A stretch of DNA of 64,000 nt from Candidatus Saccharimonadota bacterium (GCA_019352195.1 JACAFG010000001.1:66485-130484), one strand, 5' to 3'; shown: positions 8,586 to 17,671, counted from the first letter of the stretch. A program made the numbers and translations. The notes: generated by a model from the sequence alone, not told the origin.

Positions 8586-9698
8586 ATGGCCACAACTGCA
8601 GTCTCCCTGCGCAGCTATAAGTCGAATTTTTCTGGAATACCGGGCTATATAGCGGGACTCCCTTCATACCCCAGAAATTTCAGTCGGGATACTTTCCTGG
8701 CCGGTATTCTAGCGATGGACAAAGACCTGTTAAGAACCCAAATCATACTGGCCGCAAATCATCAGGGAACGGGCTATGACGCGGCGACTGGAGAGGAGGC
8801 AGGCAAAGTTCATCACGAGTATCCTGGTGTTAAGCTGGCAGGACGGGGAGACTATGTAACTACCTATAACGCTTGCGACACGACCGCTTTATTCTTGCTT
8901 GCAATCGAGGCCCTTGGGCAGTTGGACGAATGCTCTTATGCCGAAATTATCGCTGGTTACCAACGTAATATCGTCTTGGCAGTGTCATATATTCTGCGGC
9001 ATGTTAAGACTAATATTTTTTATGAGTATCCACCTGATGACGCCGACCACTTTGCTCTCAAGGTAACCTACTGGAAGGACTCTATCGCCCCAGACCCTTT
9101 GGCTAGTGAGCTCTGCTACCCGGTTGCCTATGCTCTAGCGCACTTTCAAGCAGCTCGTGGCCTACTGAGCGCCGCACGTATTCTGCGAACCCCGGGCTTG
9201 CTTGAGGCCGCAGACGTCATGTTTAAGACGGGTATTCGTAAGTTCTTGCGCCCAGCACAATTCGTGGTGGCTACGGGGCATCGATTTCAATTGGCGCAAC
9301 CTTCTTCGGATGAGTTGCACAGCCTGGCATACATTCCGCAAAAGTATGGCCACTTGTTGCCGCTAGAAGCAATCGAGCAACGGTCGAAAGGATTGTTTAC
9401 GTCCGTTGGGCTTGCCTGTACGCCCGAAAGTATCGCTACCTTGCTCGATGATCCGTACCATGGCTATGTAGTATGGCCTTTTGAGCAAGCCTTTATCCAT
9501 TATGGCTCAGCCAAATTCAATTTACCTTCGTGTGCTGACTTGGCCAAACGGATAGTGCCTTTCATAGCTCAAGGGAACGAGCTCATTGGGGTAAAGCCGA
9601 AAATAGAGCCGAGGGGGAATAGCCACCAACTTTGGTCAGTTGCTGCCGGTATCTACTTCGATGGTTATTCGAGTTTACGCGATAACCCATGGCTATAA
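8586..9698 (+). CDS. six-hairpin glycosidase-like protein (amylo-alpha-1,6-glucosidase / glycogen-debranching C-terminal domain-like)
   Basis: HEYPGVKLAGRGDYVTTYNACDTTALFLLAIEALGQL resembles the conserved Y..aDaT.LF core of the GDE_C/GH63-like (alpha/alpha)6 barrel. 370 aa, no signal peptide. Confidence 0.45.
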   Translation: MATTAVSLRSYKSNFSGIPGYIAGLPSYPRNFSRDTFLAGILAMDKDLLRTQIILAANHQGTGYDAATGEEAGKVHHEYPGVKLAGRGDYVTTYNACDTTALFLLAIEALGQLDECSYAEIIAGYQRNIVLAVSYILRHVKTNIFYEYPPDDADHFALKVTYWKDSIAPDPLASELCYPVAYALAHFQAARGLLSAARILRTPGLLEAADVMFKTGIRKFLRPAQFVVATGHRFQLAQPSSDELHSLAYIPQKYGHLLPLEAIEQRSKGLFTSVGLACTPESIATLLDDPYHGYVVWPFEQAFIHYGSAKFNLPSCADLAKRIVPFIAQGNELIGVKPKIEPRGNSHQLWSVAAGIYFDGYSSLRDNPWL

Positions 9699-9719
9699 GA
9701 ATTTGATTTAGCTATTTTC

Positions 9720-9790
9720 GTTGCAACAGCCAGCACGATGGCCCTCCAGGAATCATCCGCAAAATAACGGCTTCATAGAGCCGTTATTTT
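9720..9790 (+). repeat. conserved intergenic box, copy F, plus hairpin CGGCTTCATAGAGCCG and T-run
   Basis: GTTGCAACAGCCAGCACGATGGCCCTCCAGGAATCATCC ... ACGGCTTCATAGAGCCGTTATTTTGTTAT. A TATACT at 9831-9836 ends 6 nt before the ATG at 9843. Confidence 0.6.
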
Positions 9791-9842
9791 GTTATTATCT
9801 TTTCTCACTTGTTAATAAAAATTGAAATTCTATACTTCTTGC

Positions 9843-10355
9843 ATGAAGAAAAGTATCACACAAGAATCAAACTATGGATGCGGTACAGTCTGCTTTGCCT
9901 TTGCGGCCGATCTCGCGTTTCTCTATATTTTATTTGCCGTCACTATGGCAAATTTCGTCGCTCAGATTCCGTACTACCTGCATCAGTATTATCTGACATC
10001 GCATACTGCGCCGAGTCCGCTTGGCCTCGTGCTGATGGGTGGAGTATTGGCATGGTTTTTGATTGGGTATCATGGGCTCGCGCGTTACCAGAAATATGGT
10101 TACATCCTCGTACTAAGCTTCTTGAGCGTAGAATTCCTGTTTTATTTGCAAACTCAAATTGCCCAATACCTCAGTGGTCATGGCATATTCCTTTATGTTA
10201 GCTCACCTCATAGCTTGATTCTGTTTATTGTCTTTGGCGTTGGATATATCAACTTTATCGCCTCTGCCTGGTTTATTTACGAGTTGTTGCGTCATGCAAG
10301 AAGCTTTGTGGGTGATGCGGCACTGCCACTCTCGAAGCGTATTACTAAGTCCTAA
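9843..10355 (+). CDS. polytopic membrane protein (hypothetical)
   Basis: About 5 TM helices. ATG at 9843 preferred over the TTG at 9822. Confidence 0.55.
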   Translation: MKKSITQESNYGCGTVCFAFAADLAFLYILFAVTMANFVAQIPYYLHQYYLTSHTAPSPLGLVLMGGVLAWFLIGYHGLARYQKYGYILVLSFLSVEFLFYLQTQIAQYLSGHGIFLYVSSPHSLILFIVFGVGYINFIASAWFIYELLRHARSFVGDAALPLSKRITKS

Positions 10356-10452
10356 CAGGCCGTATTACATTAGCCTTAAGTGACATAGATCACGGTAAAG
10401 CTTAAGCATAAGTGTTATGGTTAGCTCAATTTAAGAGGCTAGAGCGCACTGT

Positions 10453-11010
10453 ATGAATCGTAAGATGCTCGATAAGTTACTTTCCTCAGCCGGTTTATTA
10501 GTGGCTATCATGCTGTTTACGGCCTCATTTGGGGCCGCCTGGGCCAACAGTTTTATCCATAGCCAAGTGCACGACCAGCTGGCCGCCGAAAAAATTAACT
10601 TTCCAGCCTCTGGGACCGCCGGCTTAACCTCGCTGCCCGCGGCCGACCAAGCTAAAGTGGCCCAATACGCCGGCCAGCAGCTGCTCACCGGTGCCCAGGC
10701 GGAAGTGTTTGCCGATAATTATATTGCTGTGCACCTCAAGCTTATTGGCGGCGGCAAAACCTACGCAGAGCTCAGCTCTGCATCGCTCGCCGCTCCTAAT
10801 GACCAAGTTCTTGTCGGCCAAGTCCAGACTGTCTTCCGCGGTGAAACCCTACGTGGCCTGCTGCTCAACGCCTACGCCTTTGACACTATGGCTACGATCG
10901 CGCTCTACGCCGCTTACATCTCATTTATCGGTGGCGTAATCATGCTCATTCTCTCCGGCCTAGGCTTTTGGCACGCAGGAACAGTTAAGCCGGCGCGCCG
11001 CTCCAAATAA
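10453..11010 (+). CDS. membrane protein (N- and C-terminal TM helices, periplasmic middle domain)
   Basis: LLSSAGLLVAIMLFTASFGAAWA N-terminal helix and ALYAAYISFIGGVIMLILSGLGFW C-terminal helix. 185 aa. Confidence 0.55.
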   Translation: MNRKMLDKLLSSAGLLVAIMLFTASFGAAWANSFIHSQVHDQLAAEKINFPASGTAGLTSLPAADQAKVAQYAGQQLLTGAQAEVFADNYIAVHLKLIGGGKTYAELSSASLAAPNDQVLVGQVQTVFRGETLRGLLLNAYAFDTMATIALYAAYISFIGGVIMLILSGLGFWHAGTVKPARRSK

Positions 11011-11092
11011 GGCGCCCCGCCACGCTGGCTAATACTCGTCGAAGGTCACCCCTAGCAGCCTGCATAAGTGCGACGTTGACGCTCATCAAGTG

Positions 11093-11440
11093 CTAACAGT
11101 TGTCTTGAAGGGGCGAATAAGCGGGCAAAAAGTTACAATCCGTTTTAGTTGCATCCAGTGCTACATAATCGCGCTCGCCCGTGCGGGAATTAAACCGTAC
11201 CACCATCCATTGGCCGGTGGTGGCATCCATAAATTTTTCACCTGTTATCTCCCACCCGTCACCACCGCTCGCTTTGGGTTTGTACCGACCGCGTTCAAAC
11301 ACCACGCCAACAATAATAACGACGCCGCTTATTACCAGATACACCGCTAATGGCCAGCCCGCATGCGACCGCAAAATAAAATACGCTCCCACCAAGATTG
11401 CCAGCGCGTAAATAATGATAATAATGCGCAACAGTTTCAT
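11093..11440 (-). CDS. small membrane protein (2 TM) with a C-terminal soluble domain
   Basis: LLRIIIIIYALAILVGAYFIL and LAVYLVISGVVIIVGVVF helices. Confidence 0.45.
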   Translation of the reverse strand: MKLLRIIIIIYALAILVGAYFILRSHAGWPLAVYLVISGVVIIVGVVFERGRYKPKASGGDGWEITGEKFMDATTGQWMVVRFNSRTGERDYVALDATKTDCNFLPAYSPLQDNC

Positions 11441-11775
11441 TACAGGGGCTCAATCACGACGGCTGTACCGTAAGCCACAATCTCGCTCATATTTTGACCA
11501 ATCTCCGACGAATCGAACTGCATGCGCAGCACTGCGTTCGCGCCCATCCCGTTCGCATTTTGCACCAAACGGTCGATGGCATTACGGCGTGCGTCTTCGA
11601 GCATGGCAGTGTATTCATGAATTTCGCCACCCACGAGCGACCGGAATCCGGCCATAATGTTGCCGCCCAGTCCACGGCTACGCACCACCAGCCCAAATAC
11701 CTGTCCTTTTACTTCGGTTACGCGGTAGCCAGCGATCTCTTCGGTAGTAACAATTTGCATCGGTTTCCTCGTCAA
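11440..11775 (-). CDS. YbjQ/UPF0145 family (DUF74) heavy-metal-binding-like protein
   Basis: MQIVTTEEIAGYRVTEVKGQVFGLVVRSRGLGGNIMAGFRSLVGGEIHEYTAMLEDARRNAIDRLVQNA matches the UPF0145 signature (IVTT ... G.V.G .. vrs..). The likely true start is the second Met at 11760. Confidence 0.7.
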   Translation of the reverse strand: MTRKPMQIVTTEEIAGYRVTEVKGQVFGLVVRSRGLGGNIMAGFRSLVGGEIHEYTAMLEDARRNAIDRLVQNANGMGANAVLRMQFDSSEIGQNMSEIVAYGTAVVIEPL

Positions 11776-11906
11776 TTTAGTGCGGTTACTTCTATTCTAA
11801 TACCTTCACTAGTCGTGCGCTGAGTAAACCACAATATTCACCCGCGTTTTCCTCTAATACATATGCTATACTGGCCCAATAATGCTACTCAAAATGGAGA
11901 CAACAT

Positions 11907-12140
11907 ATGGCCACCGCCCAACGTACCGCACTCGATAACGCCAGCACCGGAGCCTTTTACTTAACCGTCATTTCGGCCGTGCTCGGTGGCATATTTTGGC
12001 TAAGTTCATACTTTGTTTCGGGTCACGCCAATATTATCCAAATTGCGACGGGTATTTTCGCGGGTATGACGGCAACCGGCGGTCTGATTATGGGCTTACT
12101 TTACATCTCGCGCCTGGTTCAAAAGAAGCAAAACCCCTAA
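11907..12140 (+). CDS. small membrane protein (2 TM, 77 aa)
   Basis: Two hydrophobic helices. Position is plausible but there is no motif. Confidence 0.4.
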   Translation: MATAQRTALDNASTGAFYLTVISAVLGGIFWLSSYFVSGHANIIQIATGIFAGMTATGGLIMGLLYISRLVQKKQNP

Positions 12141-12154
12141 CCGAACGGCCGCGT

Positions 12155-12730
12155 ATGGAGACATTAGACAGCCTCGAGATAAGCTTGTTTGAAGACAACG
12201 CCTGGCATGCGTGGCTTGAGCAAAATCATACCCAAAACAAAGGTTTGTGGCTCAAGATAAGTAAAAAAGGCTCTGTGTATCCGTCAATTTCGTATGCAGA
12301 CGCTCTCAATGAAGCGTTGTGCTACGGCTGGATCGACGGCCAAAAACAGGCCTACGACGACGGCTACTATCTTCAGAAATTTACCCCGCGCCGAAGTAAA
12401 AGTGTCTGGTCTAAGATCAATGTCAGTCATATCGAGCGGCTTGTGTCCGCTGGCCGCATGCAGCCGTCGGGTTTGGCCGCTGTCGAACCCGCCAAAGCCG
12501 ACGGCTGTTGGGACGCCGCCTACGACGGCGCGCGCAGTATCAAAATGTCGCCCGAATTTGAGGCGGCACTAGCGGCAAGCCCAAAAGCCAAAGCGTTTTA
12601 TAATTCGCTTGATCGGTCTAACACCTACGCCTACTTGTGGCGCCTGCAAACCACCACTAACCCCACCAACCGCGCGCTCAAAATGAAGCAGTTTATCGGC
12701 ATGCTCGAACGCGGCGAGCGGCTCCACTAA
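12155..12730 (+). CDS. YdeI/OmpD-associated (OmdA) family protein
   Basis: AWHAWLEQNH…GLWLKISKKGS…ISYADALNEALCYGWIDGQKQAYDDGYYLQKFTPRRSKSVWSKIN…LVSAGRMQPSGL is characteristic of the bacteriocin-protection YdeI/OmdA family. Start at ATG 12155, not the overlapping TTG at 11996. Confidence 0.65.
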   Translation: METLDSLEISLFEDNAWHAWLEQNHTQNKGLWLKISKKGSVYPSISYADALNEALCYGWIDGQKQAYDDGYYLQKFTPRRSKSVWSKINVSHIERLVSAGRMQPSGLAAVEPAKADGCWDAAYDGARSIKMSPEFEAALAASPKAKAFYNSLDRSNTYAYLWRLQTTTNPTNRALKMKQFIGMLERGERLH

Positions 12731-12790
12731 GCAAAACTTTGGAGCATTTTCCAAGCCAAATGTTGCCGTGCATTTGATACACTACGCGTA

Positions 12791-13153
12791 ATGACTCCCG
12801 CAAAAACAATCAAGCCTTTTTATGCGTGTGTCGCGGTTACGTTGGTTAGTGCGCTCATCAGTTTTGGCTTCGCGCTGGCAGCGCTCGGCGGTTCTGGTGA
12901 CGGGCGCATAAACGCCATGTACGCGGGCGTACGGAGCCTTGCCATTTTGATAATGCTGCTCATTGTCGTTAGCAAACGCTCGAAGCTTGGCCTCATTACC
13001 CTAGCGGGGGTCATGATTTTGGTCCAGGCTGGCGACAGTGTCGTTGGAGGCCTCAATAACCAACTCATTAAAACGCTCGGTCCAGCCTGTCTAGCCATTG
13101 TTAATACCATTGTTCTAATCCCGCTTGCCCGAACGAAAGACGAGCGGTTATAA
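12791..13153 (+). CDS. membrane protein (4 TM, hypothetical)
   Basis: Hydrophobic helices throughout. 120 aa. Confidence 0.45.
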   Translation: MTPAKTIKPFYACVAVTLVSALISFGFALAALGGSGDGRINAMYAGVRSLAILIMLLIVVSKRSKLGLITLAGVMILVQAGDSVVGGLNNQLIKTLGPACLAIVNTIVLIPLARTKDERL

Positions 13154-13175
13154 GCGCTTATGCTATAGTTGCGCC

Positions 13176-13700
13176 ATGAGCGAACGCCGCGAGCAACGTC
13201 GCACCATCACTAAGCACCTTAATCCCAAGCTGCGCCGAAGCTTGAGGCTGCTACTGGCAATTTCGGTTGTGCTGATTGGGTTTGTAATATATGACATCAT
13301 CCGCGACCACGCTAGCATATGGCAAGTGGGGCTGGGACTCCTTGCCGGTATGGGAGTCGGCCTAATTTCGGCTCGCATCTACAAGATCAGCTGGAATGAC
13401 GAAAGTCAGCACGCCGCCAGTAATATCGACATTTACGGCGTTATCGTGCTTGTTCTGTACGTCGCTTTCGATTTGTCGCGCAATCATATTGTGCATCTGT
13501 TTACTTCGAGCCAATCGGTGCCGGCTATCACCTTGGCTTTGCTCGCAGGCGCCATGTACGGTCGAGTGTTTGGTACCGGCCGCAAAATTATGCAAGTATT
13601 GCGTGAGCAGCAGGTGTTAACCTGGCGGCATTCTGAGAAACATCGAGATCGTAAGCCGCCGTCAAGCATTGCCAAACAGGCAAAAAGTGTGAATAATTGA
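13176..13700 (+). CDS. membrane protein (4 TM, hypothetical)
   Basis: MSERREQRR basic N-terminus, then 4 helices. ATG at 13176. Confidence 0.45.
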   Translation: MSERREQRRTITKHLNPKLRRSLRLLLAISVVLIGFVIYDIIRDHASIWQVGLGLLAGMGVGLISARIYKISWNDESQHAASNIDIYGVIVLVLYVAFDLSRNHIVHLFTSSQSVPAITLALLAGAMYGRVFGTGRKIMQVLREQQVLTWRHSEKHRDRKPPSSIAKQAKSVNN

Positions 13701-13707
13701 GCTCAAG

Positions 13708-14484
13708 ATGAATAACGTTACGCACCAAGCTGGGACAGATCGCTCCGAGTATGGGGGGATGCGTTACGACCACGAATTGTGGCGCGACTATGCACGTGTA
13801 TACGACCAAATTTTGACTATTTTGCCATACCGAAATTTGCTGCTTGAAGTCGTAGATTGCGCTAGTATCGACTCCAACATGCGTGTGTTCGATGGCTGCT
13901 GCGGCACCGGCAACTTACTGTGGGCCTTAGGCGAGCAAAAGGTTCGCTGCCGGGTAACAGAAGTAGATTATTCCGAAGAAATGATCGCCAAAGCCCAGCT
14001 CAAAGTGGCAGGTTATGGAGGTGAGGTTGAGCTAGTGCGGGCTAATCTTGATAACCCGACCGCCGACTGGGGCGTGTCGGGAAAGTTTGAACGCTTTATT
14101 TTCAACAATAGTCTGGCATTCTTGAATGATCCCGCCAAAATCTTGCAAGGTGCCGCCGAGTTAGCCACCGACGGTGCGATACTCGTGGCTTCGACTCCGC
14201 GCCCCAATCCCAATATCACCGAGCTGCTAGAGGAGCACCTCCAATTATCCGAAAACATGGGCATGACGCGCGAAGATACTTTGCAGCGCATGTTGCCACT
14301 GCTCCAGCCCGTAATTAAGTGCAATGAACGTCTCATGCAGCAATACGGCGACAGCTATCATTTACCCAATGAGCCGCAGCTACGCGAGTGGTTTAAAGCT
14401 TCAGGTTGGCATATCACCGACATTGGCACTACTTACGCCGGCCAAAACTGGATGGTTGCCGCGGTCAAAGGTTCCTCGGCATAA
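13708..14484 (+). CDS. class I SAM-dependent methyltransferase
   Basis: Motif I VFDGCCGTGNLLWAL. Fold length 258 aa. Paralogous to the next gene. Confidence 0.7.
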   Translation: MNNVTHQAGTDRSEYGGMRYDHELWRDYARVYDQILTILPYRNLLLEVVDCASIDSNMRVFDGCCGTGNLLWALGEQKVRCRVTEVDYSEEMIAKAQLKVAGYGGEVELVRANLDNPTADWGVSGKFERFIFNNSLAFLNDPAKILQGAAELATDGAILVASTPRPNPNITELLEEHLQLSENMGMTREDTLQRMLPLLQPVIKCNERLMQQYGDSYHLPNEPQLREWFKASGWHITDIGTTYAGQNWMVAAVKGSSA

Positions 14485-14503
14485 CTCTCAGTTTTCTTAT
14501 AAA

Positions 14504-15273
14504 ATGGACTCTAGGAGAGAAAACTTTCCGTCCCTTGAAATTATGAGTCGAAGGTGGGTGGAGGCTGTGAATTTTGACAAGCAGGACCTTTGGCGGGAAT
14601 ATGCGGCCCAATATCCGCTTTTGTATGGAATTCTCCCACTACAGGAAATGTTCGCTGAAGTGGTCTCGTTGCTTGGTCCAGCCCAACGTATTCTCGACCT
14701 TGGGAGCGGGACAGGGTTTCTACTGCGTGCGCTTACAAACATAAGCAACCGGCCCCCACCGTTACCGAGCTCGACGCTTCTGAGGACATGTTGGCTGAGG
14801 CGCAAATGGTGCCATATGAGGGCGCGGTTGAGTTTGTCCGCGCGAACCTTGATGAACCCGCCGCAACCTGGCAATTGGAAGGCACGTTTGGCCATTTAGT
14901 AATGGTCAACAGTTTGTATACGGTAAATGATCCGCGAGCGTGCTTAAGTCAGATCATCACGTTGGCGGCACCCGGTGCAAAGCTGGTGATTTCCGCCCCC
15001 AAAGCGGCCCCGGACATGACCGCCGTCCTGACAGAGCACCTGCGTCTCGTGGCGGAAAGCGGCGGTGATGCGGAAGCTGAACGCCAGCGCGTACAAAACG
15101 ATTTTGCTGGCATTATGGCTATCAATCGGCAGATTCTGTCCCACCAGACGTTTCACTTTGCCGACCAATCTACTTTGCTCAGTTGGTTTGACAACACCGG
15201 CTGGAGTATTCTCTCATTGTCTACTACCTACGCTGGCCAAAACTGGCTAGCCCTAGCCCATAGGAGTCCCTGA
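14504..15273 (+). pseudogene. class I SAM-dependent methyltransferase paralog, frameshifted in a C-run near 14735-14750
   Basis: The N-terminal half (LWREYAAQYP…ILDLGSGTGFLLRAL) lies in the frame of ORF 14324..14899. The C-terminal half (TVTELDASEDMLAEAQMV…VEFVRANLDEPAATW…TTYAGQNWLALAH) lies in the frame of ORF 14788..15273. Both align to the upstream paralog (VELVRANLDNPTADW…TTYAGQNWMVAAV). The shift occurs at GGCCCCCACC. Confidence 0.55.
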
Positions 15274-16055
15274 TGTCCACAAGTGGCACGCCTCTCGCGT
15301 GGCTTGCCACCGACGCCGAGGAAGTTCGACGCAGTATTGCAACCCGGCACCGCATCTTCTGCCGCGGGGAAGCCGGCAGCGAAGCTCTCGAAGATTGCAG
15401 TGTTAGTTCACCGGGTGATTACCACGACGATTATGACCCGCGCGCGTTGCATTTCGGTGTCGACTACAACGGACAAAGCATTATGACGGCGCGCCTCATT
15501 TTGGGCACCCGGCTGGCCGTAATGCCCACGGGTCGTCTGCTCGGGCGGCTCGAGCAGCCTCCCGCTGTCAATCATCACCATCGCTACTCGGAGCCGTCTC
15601 GACTCGGCCTTAGCGGTGACTTCCAGGGAACTGAAGTTGGGCGTAAAGCCTTACTGAGCCTTGTTGGCCTGCTCACCGAAACCTCGGTGCTCCAGGGCTT
15701 TGACTCGTATCTGCTGTCACTGCGCGGGGTACTCATGAGGGCATTCAGCTGGTTTCCCTGGACGCTGGCGCCCCCCATCGATTACCCAGCCAGCGAAGGT
15801 GGTCCCAACACCGCCGAACCAATGTGGCTCGCGACGCTCAATTTGCACGAGCTCGTAGTGGCAACGCGGATGTTCAACTCATCGGCCTACCAGATGATGT
15901 TCGACGACAGACCCGCATGGTTTGATCCGACGCTTGCACGCTCTCAAAGCGAACTTCGCGAGCTCGTTCGGTCCAACCGAATTCGGGTGCGCCGTGCCAA
16001 TGAGGCTTGGAAAACCGGCCAGCTCACCCTGGCCAAGCTCGCACCCATTGTCTAA
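15273..16055 (+). CDS. GNAT-fold N-acyltransferase, Acetyltransf_5 family (OlsB / FeeM N-acyl amino acid synthase / autoinducer-synthase-like)
   Basis: RHRIFCRGEAGSEALEDCSVSSPGDYHDDYDPRALHFGVDYNGQSIMTARLILGTRLAVMPTGRLL matches the R..F....W..E.D.YD..a.H..v..G...g..RL core of this family. Start codon overlaps the stop of the upstream methyltransferase. Confidence 0.5.
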   Translation: MSTSGTPLAWLATDAEEVRRSIATRHRIFCRGEAGSEALEDCSVSSPGDYHDDYDPRALHFGVDYNGQSIMTARLILGTRLAVMPTGRLLGRLEQPPAVNHHHRYSEPSRLGLSGDFQGTEVGRKALLSLVGLLTETSVLQGFDSYLLSLRGVLMRAFSWFPWTLAPPIDYPASEGGPNTAEPMWLATLNLHELVVATRMFNSSAYQMMFDDRPAWFDPTLARSQSELRELVRSNRIRVRRANEAWKTGQLTLAKLAPIV

Positions 16056-16125
16056 GCCTCCGAATGGGGCCGCCGAGATCAACTCGGCGGCCCCATTTTT
16101 CGTAGGTAGTGCTAAACTACACACC

Positions 16126-17472
16126 ATGAGCAAAACTACCCCACCGCTGCATTACTGGCACGAATGTATTAATTGCGGCCATCATTTTACGCCCGATAAG
16201 TTTTATTACACCTGTCCCGATTGCAATGGCTTGCTCCTGGTCATGCGCGACGAAGAAGCGGTCAAGGCTAGCATTGGCACGGGCGCTGCGGCTCGGGCTT
16301 ACATCGACCATTTGCGCTTTGGCGCCGCCCGCAAAGACTATCCCAACGATTCTGGAGTTTGGTTGTGGCGTAATTTTTTGCTGCCTGGCTTCCCTGAAGA
16401 CGCGATTGTTTCGCTGAAGGAGGGTCAAACCGATTTGTTTGAAGTGCCAGCCTGGCTAGGTAAAGAGGTGGGGCTATCCAACTTGTTTATCAAAATGGAA
16501 GGGCAGGCTCCATCCGAAAGCTTTAAGGATCGTGGCATGCCCGTAGCCATTTCCGATGCCTTGCGCCTCCAACGCACTCATCCCGAGCTCGGCATTACCG
16601 GCGTATCGTGTGCGAGCACCGGTGATACGTCGGCTGCCGCCGCCATATATTCCGCCTACGTGCGTGACCAGCTCAACTGCCTGGTACTGGTTCCGTTTGA
16701 GAAAATTGCTGACGCGCAACTGTTTCAAGCCATGGCTCACGGTGCTGATGTGCGCGCTATTAACCACCCCGATGGTTTTGACGGCTGCATGAAACTCATT
16801 GCGGAGTTTACCGCTACCCACCCAGAGCTCGTTCTGGTCAATTCCAAGAATGACATGCGCATTGTTGGTCAAGAAAGCATTGGTCTGGAGATAGTGCAAG
16901 ATCTGGGCTGGAAGGCACCCGACTTCATTAGTATCCCGGTAGGCAATGGCGGTAATCTTACCGCACTGCTTAACGGTCTGCTGCGGGCGAAAGAGTTTGG
17001 TTTAATCGACAAATTACCTAGCATCATTGCCGGCCAAACTGCCGCTGCCGACACGTTGGTCCGCTGGCAAGAAAGCGATTATAAAACCTATCAACCGGGC
17101 ACATTTACCGATACCGTAGCCTCAGCCATGAACATTAACGATCCAGTGAGTTTTCCTCGAATCAAAAAACTGCACGATCAATTCGATATTCATTTTTACC
17201 GCTCCACCGAAGCTGAAATTACCGACACTTGGGCGCAATTCATGCGTGGGGGAGCTAATATCTGCCCCCAGGGAGCAGTCGCCGTTCACGCGGTCACCCA
17301 AGCTCGCACGGCCAGCATTGTGAAAGAAAGTGATACCGTGGTAGCTATTTCAACAGCTTCGACGCTCAAGTTTACTGATGCTGGCATTGTGTATCACAAA
17401 AGTGATGCTCGGTTTGCCAACCCGTATAAAATTGTGCCAGGTAATGTTCATGACCTTGAAGCCTCGCTGTAG
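16126..17472 (+). CDS. thrC: threonine synthase-like PLP-dependent enzyme with N-terminal zinc ribbon
   Basis: CINCGHHF…CPDCNG zinc ribbon. PLP-lysine motif PSESFKDRG. G-rich PLP phosphate loop IPVGNGGNLTAL. 449 aa from ATG 16126. Confidence 0.65.
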   Translation: MSKTTPPLHYWHECINCGHHFTPDKFYYTCPDCNGLLLVMRDEEAVKASIGTGAAARAYIDHLRFGAARKDYPNDSGVWLWRNFLLPGFPEDAIVSLKEGQTDLFEVPAWLGKEVGLSNLFIKMEGQAPSESFKDRGMPVAISDALRLQRTHPELGITGVSCASTGDTSAAAAIYSAYVRDQLNCLVLVPFEKIADAQLFQAMAHGADVRAINHPDGFDGCMKLIAEFTATHPELVLVNSKNDMRIVGQESIGLEIVQDLGWKAPDFISIPVGNGGNLTALLNGLLRAKEFGLIDKLPSIIAGQTAAADTLVRWQESDYKTYQPGTFTDTVASAMNINDPVSFPRIKKLHDQFDIHFYRSTEAEITDTWAQFMRGGANICPQGAVAVHAVTQARTASIVKESDTVVAISTASTLKFTDAGIVYHKSDARFANPYKIVPGNVHDLEASL

Positions 17473-17671
17473 GCCCTAACATCTCAACAGCCCAGAGTCC
17501 GCGGGTGCGGATCCTGGACTTTTGACAGGGGACTGAGCTAGTCCTCCTCAGCGGCACCGCCGTCATCAGGGGGAGCCGGTGCTTTCGGTGCAGGAGCATG
17601 GGGTTCTGGGTCTTGCTCCTGAGGCTAGGGATCATCTGATTGCAATAGATTTGTGGTCAGATGCAAGACTC

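Noticed and set aside
5860-9800. Integron cassette array with attC sites
   Set aside because: The conserved boxes do not show the R''-L''…L'-R' inverted-core architecture (GTTRRRY/RYYYAAC). No intI is present in the window. The boxes are better described as a repeated terminator/promoter-associated element, and they are kept as a finding under that description.
11996-12154. Long N-terminal extension of the YdeI-like gene overlapping the small membrane protein gene
   Set aside because: The extension (MAKFILCFGSRQYYPNCDGY…) is Cys/Tyr/Arg-rich out-of-frame read-through of the upstream gene. The conserved family sequence begins at ATG 12155.
14013-14336. ORF 14013..14336 (-) and other antisense ORFs in the methyltransferase locus
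   Set aside because: Antisense to a motif-bearing methyltransferase. No support.
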